Below are positions 1-8,608 of a DNA stretch of 32,000 nt, piece by piece. The notes below the pieces were generated by a model. That model searched no databases and had not been told where the DNA came from. It saw nothing but the letters and a program-made list of their open reading frames with translations. How positions within the stretch are numbered: position 1 is the first letter of the stretch; each line of letters starts with the position of its first letter. The stretch comes from Candidatus Heimdallarchaeota archaeon (lineage in GTDB: Archaea > Asgardarchaeota > Heimdallarchaeia > Heimdallarchaeales > Kariarchaeaceae): the NCBI GenBank assembly GCA_030149205.1, contig JASBSB010000003.1, positions 420,001-452,000 of the forward strand, read 5' to 3'. The translations under genes and the position numbers were made by a program.

Positions 1-57
1 AAGTATTCTGGATAAATAACTTGAAATTTTCTCCGACGTAACATTTTATCAGTTCAC

Positions 58-447
58 TTATTCAGAGGTTTCTAATAGTACACCATTGAGGACAGATACT
101 TGACCTGGTCGACTTGTAACCCTTACTTCCCCTAACTCTGTCGATAAGATTGCACCTTTTGTAACTATTTTTCGCCTTGTAAAATCTCTCGAAGCTGGAT
201 TCGTCTCAAGTCCAGAGACTTTCACCTTACTGGTTTTTTGAGTCTTAGGATCAAACACGTTGATATATTCAATTGAGAGGAGTTTATGTTTGATATTTCC
301 ACCAAACGTTCTCACAACCTTTTTCTTTTTAGATCGAATGTGAGTTGCTACAGGATCTCTTCCTCTGAATCTTAAACGTTTCCCCATGCTCTTGTGCCTT
401 AGTCCTCCACTGATTTTCCTTTTGCTTGGTCCTCGATATTGTACCAT
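58..447 (-). CDS. rps8e: 30S ribosomal protein S8e
   Basis: Basic 129-aa ORF with S8e motifs SKRKISGG, VRTFGGNIK, NPASRDFTRRKIVTKGAIL and VTSRPGQ. Confidence 0.97.
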   Translation of the reverse strand: MVQYRGPSKRKISGGLRHKSMGKRLRFRGRDPVATHIRSKKKKVVRTFGGNIKHKLLSIEYINVFDPKTQKTSKVKVSGLETNPASRDFTRRKIVTKGAILSTELGEVRVTSRPGQVSVLNGVLLETSE

Positions 448-582
448 GATTATCTACAAGCTATTTAGATGTTGTTTACATTTAAAAGAATCGAAACAGT
501 ACAAAATTTGTCAAAGTATCAGCAATTTAATTTAAAATCTTGATTTTTTTTTAGTAGATTTAATAAGAAACAAATAAAGGAG

Positions 583-927
583 CTAATTACCCCATAACTT
601 TAGAATGGCATGTCCATAGTTGTAAATAAATATGATAAGTCCAGAAAGTACTGTTGACCAAATCATCCAACCATTTAATTTACTGACCCATGGTTTGTTC
701 GCTAATTCAGGTTTGTACCCATAATAAAGTGTAATTGCGAAAAACACGATCAGCAACCATAATCCCTGTGTTGCCCAATGATGATATAATGGGGGCCAAG
801 CTTTCATAAAATCAAAAAATGGGTGCACCAACTCCTTTATTGGGACAAGAATTCCATTTAACCAAACAGCAACTATATACGCTATTTCAGCACCAACAGT
901 CCAAGAACTTAATGTAGATTTTTCCAT
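583..927 (-). CDS. Small membrane protein (about 3 TM helices) with an HHW motif, function unknown
   Basis: Hydrophobic ORF. Start moved from 948 to the ATG at 927 because TGAGGTGA (940-933) lies 5 nt upstream and the overlap with the upstream gene disappears. Confidence 0.75.
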   Translation of the reverse strand: MEKSTLSSWTVGAEIAYIVAVWLNGILVPIKELVHPFFDFMKAWPPLYHHWATQGLWLLIVFFAITLYYGYKPELANKPWVSKLNGWMIWSTVLSGLIIFIYNYGHAILKLWGN

Positions 928-937
928 AATTTTCACC

Positions 938-1395
938 TCAATATCCATGCGCCAGTCTGAGTGTCATTGTTATGATAGCACCCATACCTTCCATAAGTAA
1001 ACCAACTACGAATATCATTAAAGCAGATGTCAGAGCAAATTTTCGAGCGGTTCTGTTGTTTACTAGATCTTCAGTAAATACAATAAATGGCAGTAGTAAT
1101 GAAGCCAAAACATAAAAGAAAAACCAGTGTTCTTTCACCTCAGTGAATATTGAATGTCCCCAGAAATAGGAACTTCCCTTAATAACATTCTTGTCTGGGC
1201 CATAGTAATAGATATAGAACCAGCCCGCAAAGAAGTAAGTCAACACCATTAAGGTGACGGTGAGAATTGTTGCCCATTTAATTCTATGCAAATTCTCTGG
1301 TGAAGCATCTCTGATTTCAATCGCTGCCCAAAGGCAAAAATCAGAGACAAAACACCTAACAAAGCGTGTGTTAGTATTAATAATGGATGTGTCAT
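938..1395 (-). pseudogene. Membrane protein gene (152 aa if repaired) interrupted by a -1 frameshift at about 1333; pseudogene or sequencing indel
   Basis: ATG at 1395 with SD-like AAGGACGTGA gives MTHPLLILTHALLGVLSLIFA, then this frame runs to TAA at 1251-1249. The -1 frame continues LWAAIEIRDASPENLHRIKW into the tracked 938..1291 ORF. One added base in the GG at 1333-1334 joins them. Confidence 0.75.
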
Positions 1396-1908
1396 TGTTT
1401 CACGTCCTTAGTTACGTATTGTAACTAATCGAAATAATATACTAAATGAAGTATTTAAAGTTTTTTGGAAAGAACTAATTCACAATATAAAAAAAAAATA
1501 TCCATATAAAACTTAATATATTGAATAAAATAATGAAAATATAAATGATTTATGATAAATTCCATTATTTAGAATTATTTTAATATGGATTGATTATTTT
1601 TTGATTTAATCAAATATCACAATAATTCCAATATTTTTGCGAAATATCTCCAGAAAACTAATTACCAATTATTTTGAGAAATTTACTTGTTTAGAGTATA
1701 AATTGTTAATTATTCAGTATTTGTTAGATTTAAAAAAAGTTCAATTTATGTAGTAATATTAGTAATTTTCTTTTGGGAAAAATTCTTGATATTATAGTAA
1801 TAATATTTTTCAAACTTAAAAGGGAATTTCATAAGAATTTATTACTAGCTTACATATTGTATTAATACCTAATAGTTAAATTTGATATTTTAATGGGTGA
1901 AATATTAA

Positions 1909-4143
1909 GTGATACTTATGGTTGATGTAGGATTATTTATCTGGTTACCAATAGTGATTACAATTATTGCTATAATCTATGCCTTTTGGCTTCGAAGTAA
2001 GATCATGGAACAGAGCAGGGGGACTCCAAGCATGATTGAAGTCTCAGATGCTATTAAAGAGGGTTCAATTGCTTTCCTAAAGAAGCAATATAGTACGATC
2101 TTTATTATAGGGACACTTCTTGGTGTGTTAATACTTTTATTTTTGGATTGGAATTTAGGATCTGGGTTTAAACTTGCAGCTCCTTTGAATGCCTTTGCCT
2201 TTCTTATTGGTGTAACATTTTCATTGATCTCGGGTGCAGTTGCCATGTTAATGGCTGCTGAAAGCAACTCAAGAACGACTTTCGCAGCCACTGAAAGCAC
2301 AAATAAGGCCTTAAACACAGCATATAGAGGAGGTCTTGTAATGGGGCTCCTCGTGGTTTCCATGAGCATTTTAGGAATTACATTGCTGTACTTGTTTTAT
2401 ACAGCTCTTGGAAATGGTGAGGTTAATCCTATCTCAGTGATTGCCTTTGGTTTTGGTGCCTCATTTGCAGCTTTATTTGCACAATTAGGTGGGGGGATAT
2501 TTACAAAGGCAGCAGATGTTGGTGCAGATCTTGCTGGAAAGCTTGAAGCAGGTATTCCAGAGGATGACATCAGAAACCCCGGTGTTATTGCTGATAATGT
2601 TGGAGATGCAGTCGGTGATTGTGCAGGAAGAGGAGCAGACTTGTTCGAATCTGTGTCAGGTGAGACTATCGGTGGAATGATTGTAGGCTTAACCTTTTAC
2701 TTGGCTTTCAAAGACTCCGCAAACCCTCAGGTAAGAAGTGTCGCATTGGCTTTTGTCATTTTTCCCCTAATAGCAAATTCAGTCACAATTCTAGGGACAA
2801 TGGCTTCATCTTTCTTCGTTAACGTTGATGAGGAAGGGAAGAAAACTTCAATGGATGCAATGAAGGTGGCATTCTACATTACCGCAATCATTAATTTTGT
2901 TCTGCTCACTGGTTTGGTTGTTCTCTTATTTGGTTCCTACTGGCAGTTTATTGCCGCTGTGTTTATAGGTATCCTTTTAGCGGTTGTAACTCTTTGGGCT
3001 ACAGAATATTATACTTCAGATAAGAAGAAACCTGTCAGGAGTATCGCGGATGCATCTACAACCGGACCAGCTACAAATATAATTGCTGGACTTTCAGTTG
3101 GGATGAGCTCCACTTGGGCACCTATGCTTGGAATCGTAACGGCTGTTATGAGCACTTTTTGGCTGGGTGTAAGCTTTGCAAAAGAAAAGGGACCTTTAGT
3201 AGTCGCCTTTGCTGATCATTATAACCTTTATACCAATGGTAACATCAATCAAGTTGCATATACACTGTTTGGTGTGTTCGCTATAACTATTGGTACAATG
3301 TCAATGTTATCAGTTACTCCAATTATCCTCGCAATGGACGGATATGGCCCAATTGCAGACCAATCTGGTGGTATAGCAGAGATGTCAGATGCTGAACCCG
3401 AGGTAAGAGAGAGAATTGACGCTTTAGATGCTGTTGGAAATACTACCAAGGCTTTAGCCAAGGGATATGGTATGACTTCTGCAGGATTAGCAGCATTATT
3501 ACTATTCCAGGCATACTTAGAGGATTTTGGTAAAAGAGTTCACACAGGGAACTTCCAACTTACCACCGTAAATTTAGCAGATCCAAATATTTTAGCGGGC
3601 CTGTTTGTAGGGGCACTGTTACCGTTTGTCTTCACCTCTATGTCAATGGGGTCAGTCGGAAGAGCTGCAAATGAAATGGTTAAGGAGATCCGTCGTCAGT
3701 TTAAGGAAATCCCGGGAATCATGGAACATAAAAACAAGCCAGATTATGCAGCTTGTATTGACGTATCCACAGGTGCTGCCCTAAGAGAGATGAGAAATCC
3801 ATCACTACTGGTTGTACTTCTAACAATAGTTGTTGGTTTCTTATTAGGTCCCATCCCCCTTGCTGCTTACTTAATTGGAGCCACATCAACAGGGATATTG
3901 TTGGGCTTAACATTAAACAATGGTGGAGGTGCATGGGATAATGCTAAGAAGCTTATAGAATCAGGACTCCACGGAGGAAAAGGGAGTCCAGCACACCATG
4001 CGGCAGTTGTGGGAGATACTGTAGGAGATCCATCAAAAGATACTTCTGGACCAGCTATCCATGTTTTGATAAAGTTGATAAATACAATTGCGTTAACTTT
4101 ACTCCCCTTATTTTTAGTTTATAATGGCATATTGAAAGTGTAG
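1909..4143 (+). CDS. hppA: Membrane-bound proton-translocating pyrophosphatase, K+-independent type (likely start ATG 1918)
   Basis: Motifs GGGIFTKAADVGADLAGKLEAGIPEDDIRNPGVIADNVGD, DGYGPIADQSGG, DAVGNTTKA, GGAWDNAKK and GDTVGDPSKD; many TM segments. Confidence 0.97.
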   Translation: MILMVDVGLFIWLPIVITIIAIIYAFWLRSKIMEQSRGTPSMIEVSDAIKEGSIAFLKKQYSTIFIIGTLLGVLILLFLDWNLGSGFKLAAPLNAFAFLIGVTFSLISGAVAMLMAAESNSRTTFAATESTNKALNTAYRGGLVMGLLVVSMSILGITLLYLFYTALGNGEVNPISVIAFGFGASFAALFAQLGGGIFTKAADVGADLAGKLEAGIPEDDIRNPGVIADNVGDAVGDCAGRGADLFESVSGETIGGMIVGLTFYLAFKDSANPQVRSVALAFVIFPLIANSVTILGTMASSFFVNVDEEGKKTSMDAMKVAFYITAIINFVLLTGLVVLLFGSYWQFIAAVFIGILLAVVTLWATEYYTSDKKKPVRSIADASTTGPATNIIAGLSVGMSSTWAPMLGIVTAVMSTFWLGVSFAKEKGPLVVAFADHYNLYTNGNINQVAYTLFGVFAITIGTMSMLSVTPIILAMDGYGPIADQSGGIAEMSDAEPEVRERIDALDAVGNTTKALAKGYGMTSAGLAALLLFQAYLEDFGKRVHTGNFQLTTVNLADPNILAGLFVGALLPFVFTSMSMGSVGRAANEMVKEIRRQFKEIPGIMEHKNKPDYAACIDVSTGAALREMRNPSLLVVLLTIVVGFLLGPIPLAAYLIGATSTGILLGLTLNNGGGAWDNAKKLIESGLHGGKGSPAHHAAVVGDTVGDPSKDTSGPAIHVLIKLINTIALTLLPLFLVYNGILKV

Positions 4144-4294
4144 CCTAAGTTCATTTTATTTTAAGCAAGAAAACTCAAATACACATATCCTTTCAAATTC
4201 ATCTTAAAAGTCAACAATTTTTTTTAATAGCATTCACTCATCAAGACTATCTTAGGTATATTAATTAAGTGAGAATTTCATTGAGTTATGAAAT

Positions 4295-5143
4295 ATGTGT
4301 CAGACTATAGCAATTCACTCACATAAAGGGGGAACTGGGAAAACCTTATTGTCCGTAAATTTTGCCTACCTCCTCGCTGAGATGGGATACAGGGTGGTAT
4401 TGCTAGATTTAGATTTAAGTGCACCATCTTTACAAACTTTTTTTCATCCTCCAGATTCTGTAAAGTCAACCATGACTGAATTCTTAATAGGGCAAAACGT
4501 TGAACCTGAGGAGTTCATTTTCAATATGAACTTAAATTTAAAAGGAGAACTTTATGTCGGGCTCGCAAGTATAGATAGTGAGTTGCTTACAAAATTAGAA
4601 AACCGAAAGGTGAACGCACACTTAAATGATCTATATAAATTGATTGGACTAATCAAAAAGAAACTTAAGGGAGACCCTTGGAATGTTGATTATGTGATCG
4701 TAGATACATCACCAGGTATTTCAACTTTTTCTGTGAATAGTATTGCAATCTGCGATCAGTTGGTTATGGTTCAGAGATTGTTTAACGCAGATTTACAGGG
4801 GACTGTTGAACTATTGAAATTTGTTCATAAATCATTAAAGCCAGATACTTCTATTATTTTAAACATGATACCAGCCAAATTCCAAGAAGAAAGCCTTCTT
4901 TCTCAGATTCTTAGCTTGATTGACAATAAGATAATTAAACAATTAAAAAAGAAAAACATAGAATTTCGTGGGATAGTGTATTATGATGAAAAACTGATAG
5001 ATGAAGAAATTAACTATGCATTGCAATCTACTGGAGACTCTACCTCGAATAATTCAAGAGTAGTTTTTAGTCAAAAATACAGGCAGTCAGACTTTGTCAC
5101 CAATTTGAAGTCAATAGTAAAATCGGTTATCTCCAAGGAATGA
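4295..5143 (+). CDS. MinD/ParA-family (SIMIBI) P-loop ATPase
   Basis: Deviant Walker A HSHKGGTGKT, LLDLDLSAP and Walker B region YVIVDTSPG. Confidence 0.9.
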   Translation: MCQTIAIHSHKGGTGKTLLSVNFAYLLAEMGYRVVLLDLDLSAPSLQTFFHPPDSVKSTMTEFLIGQNVEPEEFIFNMNLNLKGELYVGLASIDSELLTKLENRKVNAHLNDLYKLIGLIKKKLKGDPWNVDYVIVDTSPGISTFSVNSIAICDQLVMVQRLFNADLQGTVELLKFVHKSLKPDTSIILNMIPAKFQEESLLSQILSLIDNKIIKQLKKKNIEFRGIVYYDEKLIDEEINYALQSTGDSTSNNSRVVFSQKYRQSDFVTNLKSIVKSVISKE

Positions 5144-5150
5144 AACCTGT

Positions 5151-5816
5151 ATGAAATGGATATTGGACACAATTTATGTTATGCTCCCAGATGGAAGATG
5201 CCTCTTCTCCACCAGTTATATTAAAAAACCCCCTCCTGTACAATTGATTACAGGATTTTTAGGAGCTTCAAATGATATTTTACAGGAATTGACCGGAGAA
5301 GAATTAACTGCATTTAGCACCAACAGATTCACAGTAAAGATCAAAAATTTCCAAAATATTATTGTGGTGGCTTCATTAGACTCAAAATCACAGAATGATA
5401 TTGATCCAATATTAGAATTAATTGGGATTGAATTTGTTAAAATATTCTCAGAAGTACTTTTGAATTGGAACGGTGATGTGAGTATATTTGACTCGTTCAC
5501 GGAGCGTCTCGACCAAGTTTTGGTTTCAGCAAACCTCACTGAGAGAGAAGACCCTTGGAGAACCTTGGACTCAATATCTCTTTTAAAACTCTCGGAGGAC
5601 CTCCAAAAGATTGCGTTTGTCTTTCTTGAAATTGGACATTGTAAAGTGAAGGATTTATCCAAGCATTTAGAAATTTCTGAGGAAGAACTAGGGTCCTCTC
5701 TAGAAAAATTAAGAAAATTAGGATATATTGGAAGAGCAAAGGTTGATTCGGAGATAGAATATTTCTTAACAAAACCTTCAAAATCGCTAAATATACAGGT
5801 TGATGATGAAATTTAA
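5151..5816 (+). CDS. Longin-like domain fused to a C-terminal winged helix-turn-helix
   Basis: N-terminal IYVMLPDGRCLFS..QLITGFLGA..WNGDVSIF pattern typical of archaeal/Asgard longin domains. C-terminal KVKDLSKHLEIS..SLEKLRKLGYIGR..EYF fits a wHTH. Confidence 0.7.
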   Translation: MKWILDTIYVMLPDGRCLFSTSYIKKPPPVQLITGFLGASNDILQELTGEELTAFSTNRFTVKIKNFQNIIVVASLDSKSQNDIDPILELIGIEFVKIFSEVLLNWNGDVSIFDSFTERLDQVLVSANLTEREDPWRTLDSISLLKLSEDLQKIAFVFLEIGHCKVKDLSKHLEISEEELGSSLEKLRKLGYIGRAKVDSEIEYFLTKPSKSLNIQVDDEI

Positions 5817-5859
5817 TTTTCTTGGAAATTGAATAGATAGAGTGACCCTATGATGAACT

Positions 5860-7536
5860 CTACACAGTTTTCAATGTGAACTTTGGTTCACCCTCTTCAA
5901 ATCTTTTGATCAACCCATCTAAATCCTCTGTTTCTTTACCTGAATAAGATATGTTCAGGTAGCACTCCCGTATAAATTGACATGTAAGCTCCTTACCCTG
6001 TTGTTCATAGATTAAATCAAGATGATCCATAATTTTAAACATGTGTGTTAGGTGATCATGTCTAACAAAAGAGTACCCACGAACTTTACTTAGATAGATA
6101 GATAACTCTTGTGCAACGTTGGAATCCTTGGACTCCCAATAGATTAAGGTCTCCGTAATCCTCTTAATATAATTCATTTCTCTCTTGTATCTCACAGTCC
6201 AAGGTCTAATTGGTTTGAGTTTATCTAAAAACCAGAAAAGACCAAAACCGATTATTGAATTAATATTTAAATCAGTAGACCTTCCCCGAAATTTGTTTCT
6301 GTCGTACCAGTTATAGATTCTTCTCGGAATGTGATTATAAACCAAATAGGGAACTGGAACCATTCCTATTATCTCCTCAATGGTTGGTTGAAGCTTCTTT
6401 GTTTCAATTCTTAAAGTGCCATCAGTTGACTCCTTTTGAGCATCCTTCTTTACATACTCTGCAACCCGTATCGGTCCATCCCACTGATAGAATCTTCCTG
6501 CCATATGTCTAGCATAATTTTCAGTAACTGTATAAGGGGAGACATCTGCATTGAAAACACTTTGAGTTTTTTCTAAATATAGATTACCATATTTGGGATT
6601 TTGAAAATTAACCAATTGACTATAACCCTCTATTACATACCTAGAAACATTTTCTGGAAAGGTATGCTTGATCATCGTAAATGATTCTAAAACTTGCTTC
6701 TCCCATGAAACTCTTTTTCTCGAGGAAACAAATTTTAGTGAATGGTTTAAGGATCTGGCACTTATTTCATCTAAAGTTAGATCCTTCCAGTCCTCTTCTG
6801 ATTTGATCTGTTTATGTAATCCTTGCTCAATGTACATTTCACCCAGTTCAAAGCTGGTTTTGTTAACCTCGAAGATATTTCCTTTAAATCTTCGATTTAA
6901 GGCCTCAATTAGTGAATCTCTGGAGATATTTAATATCCCGAGTTGACTAACCATTCCCAGAATAAAAGTGTTAACAGTTCTTGGGTCTAAGTTATATTCT
7001 TCTATCAATCTTTCACTAGAAAATCCATAGTAATTTCCATCTTTCACATATTGTTTGGCTGCCTTAATTTGATCTTCAGAACTAAAATTCTCCTTGAAGC
7101 TAGGTAATTTCTCAGGTGGGGTAATCTGTTTTTCCTCGTTTGCTATTATCACTCCATCAGGCCTTAGAAGCGGTAAAAATTTCATCAGTTCATTTAGCTC
7201 TTGACCTATTACAAGATCACACGAGGAACGATGTGGCATCTCAGTTAGTATGATGTCATCGGGTAACTCTGATTCTTTCAGATGTGGATCCAAAAAAGTT
7301 ACTGAAGTTATTGTGGACCCACTTCTCTGAGCAAGCCCAGGTATCATTCCTCGAGTCTCATATGTATGCAACTTAGCTTTATCAGGTGCAAATCGATGAC
7401 GTTCAGACCTAATAGCATAGAACAGGATTTCACTTATCGCTCCCCCTCCCTGACCACCTACAGCTCCAACAGCAATTCTATAAATCTTTGGAAGTGATTT
7501 TTCAACGTTGTTCTGCTCTATATTGTCTACAGCCAC
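5860..7536 (-). CDS. iorB: Indolepyruvate:ferredoxin oxidoreductase beta-subunit family protein with long C-terminal (DUF6537-like) extension
   Basis: GAVGGQGGG, GLAQRSGSTITSV, DLVIGQE and VNTFILG match IorB/POR-gamma. The C-terminal YQWDGPIRVAE, QPTIEEI and VRGYSFVR segments resemble the extended bacterial form. Confidence 0.75.
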   Translation of the reverse strand: MAVDNIEQNNVEKSLPKIYRIAVGAVGGQGGGAISEILFYAIRSERHRFAPDKAKLHTYETRGMIPGLAQRSGSTITSVTFLDPHLKESELPDDIILTEMPHRSSCDLVIGQELNELMKFLPLLRPDGVIIANEEKQITPPEKLPSFKENFSSEDQIKAAKQYVKDGNYYGFSSERLIEEYNLDPRTVNTFILGMVSQLGILNISRDSLIEALNRRFKGNIFEVNKTSFELGEMYIEQGLHKQIKSEEDWKDLTLDEISARSLNHSLKFVSSRKRVSWEKQVLESFTMIKHTFPENVSRYVIEGYSQLVNFQNPKYGNLYLEKTQSVFNADVSPYTVTENYARHMAGRFYQWDGPIRVAEYVKKDAQKESTDGTLRIETKKLQPTIEEIIGMVPVPYLVYNHIPRRIYNWYDRNKFRGRSTDLNINSIIGFGLFWFLDKLKPIRPWTVRYKREMNYIKRITETLIYWESKDSNVAQELSIYLSKVRGYSFVRHDHLTHMFKIMDHLDLIYEQQGKELTCQFIRECYLNISYSGKETEDLDGLIKRFEEGEPKFTLKTV

Positions 7537-7843
7537 AATGAACTGTAGTTAGAGAGGAATTTTAAAGGTTATGAGAGTGAAATTTTGATTTGTACAGAAT
7601 TTGTAGTATTTTAATGTAAACATAACTAGAACCCAAAATACGTCAAAATTGTAAATCCGTACCCTGTCAAATTAATATAAACCACTTTGAAAATTAGGAG
7701 AGAAATGGATCTAAGCTTGTTAAATAAATAGCAAAAAGATATACTCCTGTTATAACCTCAATCATAATTGAGGATGAAAGTTTGTTGAAATTCCCCCGAT
7801 TAATCATTAGGGTTTTTATCTTAGATATCTATGTGAATTTAAG

Positions 7844-8302
7844 ATGCAAAACTTTAATGACTTTTTAGGCAACATTGAAGAAGATGTTGATTTTGATGCT
7901 GAAACTTTCAAATTCAACAGATACGAGCTTGATGATGGAACGATCTTAAGGTTCTTTGGCATGCCAATTAAAATATTTAGAACCAAACAAAAGGACCCAT
8001 CAGGGAACCCAGTCTATCTTGTAAACACAAACTCTGTTGTTTCTGCTGTGGTAGACAATGATGCAAGAACCCAGCCAGAACAACCTGTCCCCCCAGAACA
8101 GATGAAGCTTTCTCCAATTGATTTCAAAGAGATTGCAGAACCTTGGAATGTGTTTTCTCTCTCCGATGGTACTGTTTTAAGAATAAGATTTGTAGCGAAT
8201 CAGATAAAGCGAGCAAAGAACAAAAATCAGTTTGGGGAGCACATTTACTTTATCGACCATAATATGTCATTAGATGTTCGTCCCCCTCAAATCGGGTCAT
8301 AA
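7844..8302 (+). CDS. Hypothetical protein with two tandem copies of a roughly 60-aa beta-rich domain
   Basis: DFDAETFKFNRYELDDGTILR..KDPSGNPVYLV aligns with DFKEIAEPWNVFSLSDGTVLR..KNQFGEHIYFI. TATA-like TTTTTATC (7813-7820) lies 23 nt before the ATG. Confidence 0.85.
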   Translation: MQNFNDFLGNIEEDVDFDAETFKFNRYELDDGTILRFFGMPIKIFRTKQKDPSGNPVYLVNTNSVVSAVVDNDARTQPEQPVPPEQMKLSPIDFKEIAEPWNVFSLSDGTVLRIRFVANQIKRAKNKNQFGEHIYFIDHNMSLDVRPPQIGS

Positions 8303-8540
8303 ATGTTATAAGTTACCACTAGTTATTGAAGTTTCTTCAATTATATGGAGAAGAGATTTTTAGATTTTCGTAATAAGAAGACCAAAGTTCCTTCTTTCGA
8401 AAATGTAGAACTAAGTTTTTTTTGAAAATTATAGAAACAAAATTTGTCTATATCTCGCTCAGATATTTTGTCAAAAATTAACTTTTTCCGATGTTTAAAT
8501 ATAATGCTTTTTTATACCTAAAGTTAAAGTTATAATCAGC

Positions 8541-8602
8541 ATACACCCTAATGGTGTATAAAGGTGAGGAATCTAATACCCTTTTGGTGTTGGCACTCAC
8601 CT
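8541..8602 (+). ncRNA. Candidate structured small RNA at the 3' end of the DUF3800 gene
   Basis: Hairpin ATACACC-ctaat-GGTGTAT (8541-8559). Second hairpin AGGTGAG/CTCACCT (8562-8568/8596-8602) encloses CTAATACC-ctttt-GGTGTTGG, which has two G-U pairs only on the + strand. TTTATA at 8511-8516 is at promoter spacing. Confidence 0.55.
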
Positions 8603-8608
8603 AAAAAT

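Noticed and set aside
1325-1345. Programmed -1 ribosomal frameshift
   Set aside because: There is no X XXY YYZ heptamer in the correct frame and no evident stimulatory structure; a single-base deletion is simpler.
1396-1908. Replication origin in the long, very AT-rich spacer
   Set aside because: No ORB-like repeats with G-strings and no cdc6/orc gene nearby; a divergent promoter region explains it.
8562-8602. SECIS element (GAA/A-like internal loop)
   Set aside because: It lacks the following run of G-C pairs and a clear UGA/GA quartet. Both neighbouring ORFs end in TAA, and no in-frame TGA readthrough candidate was found.
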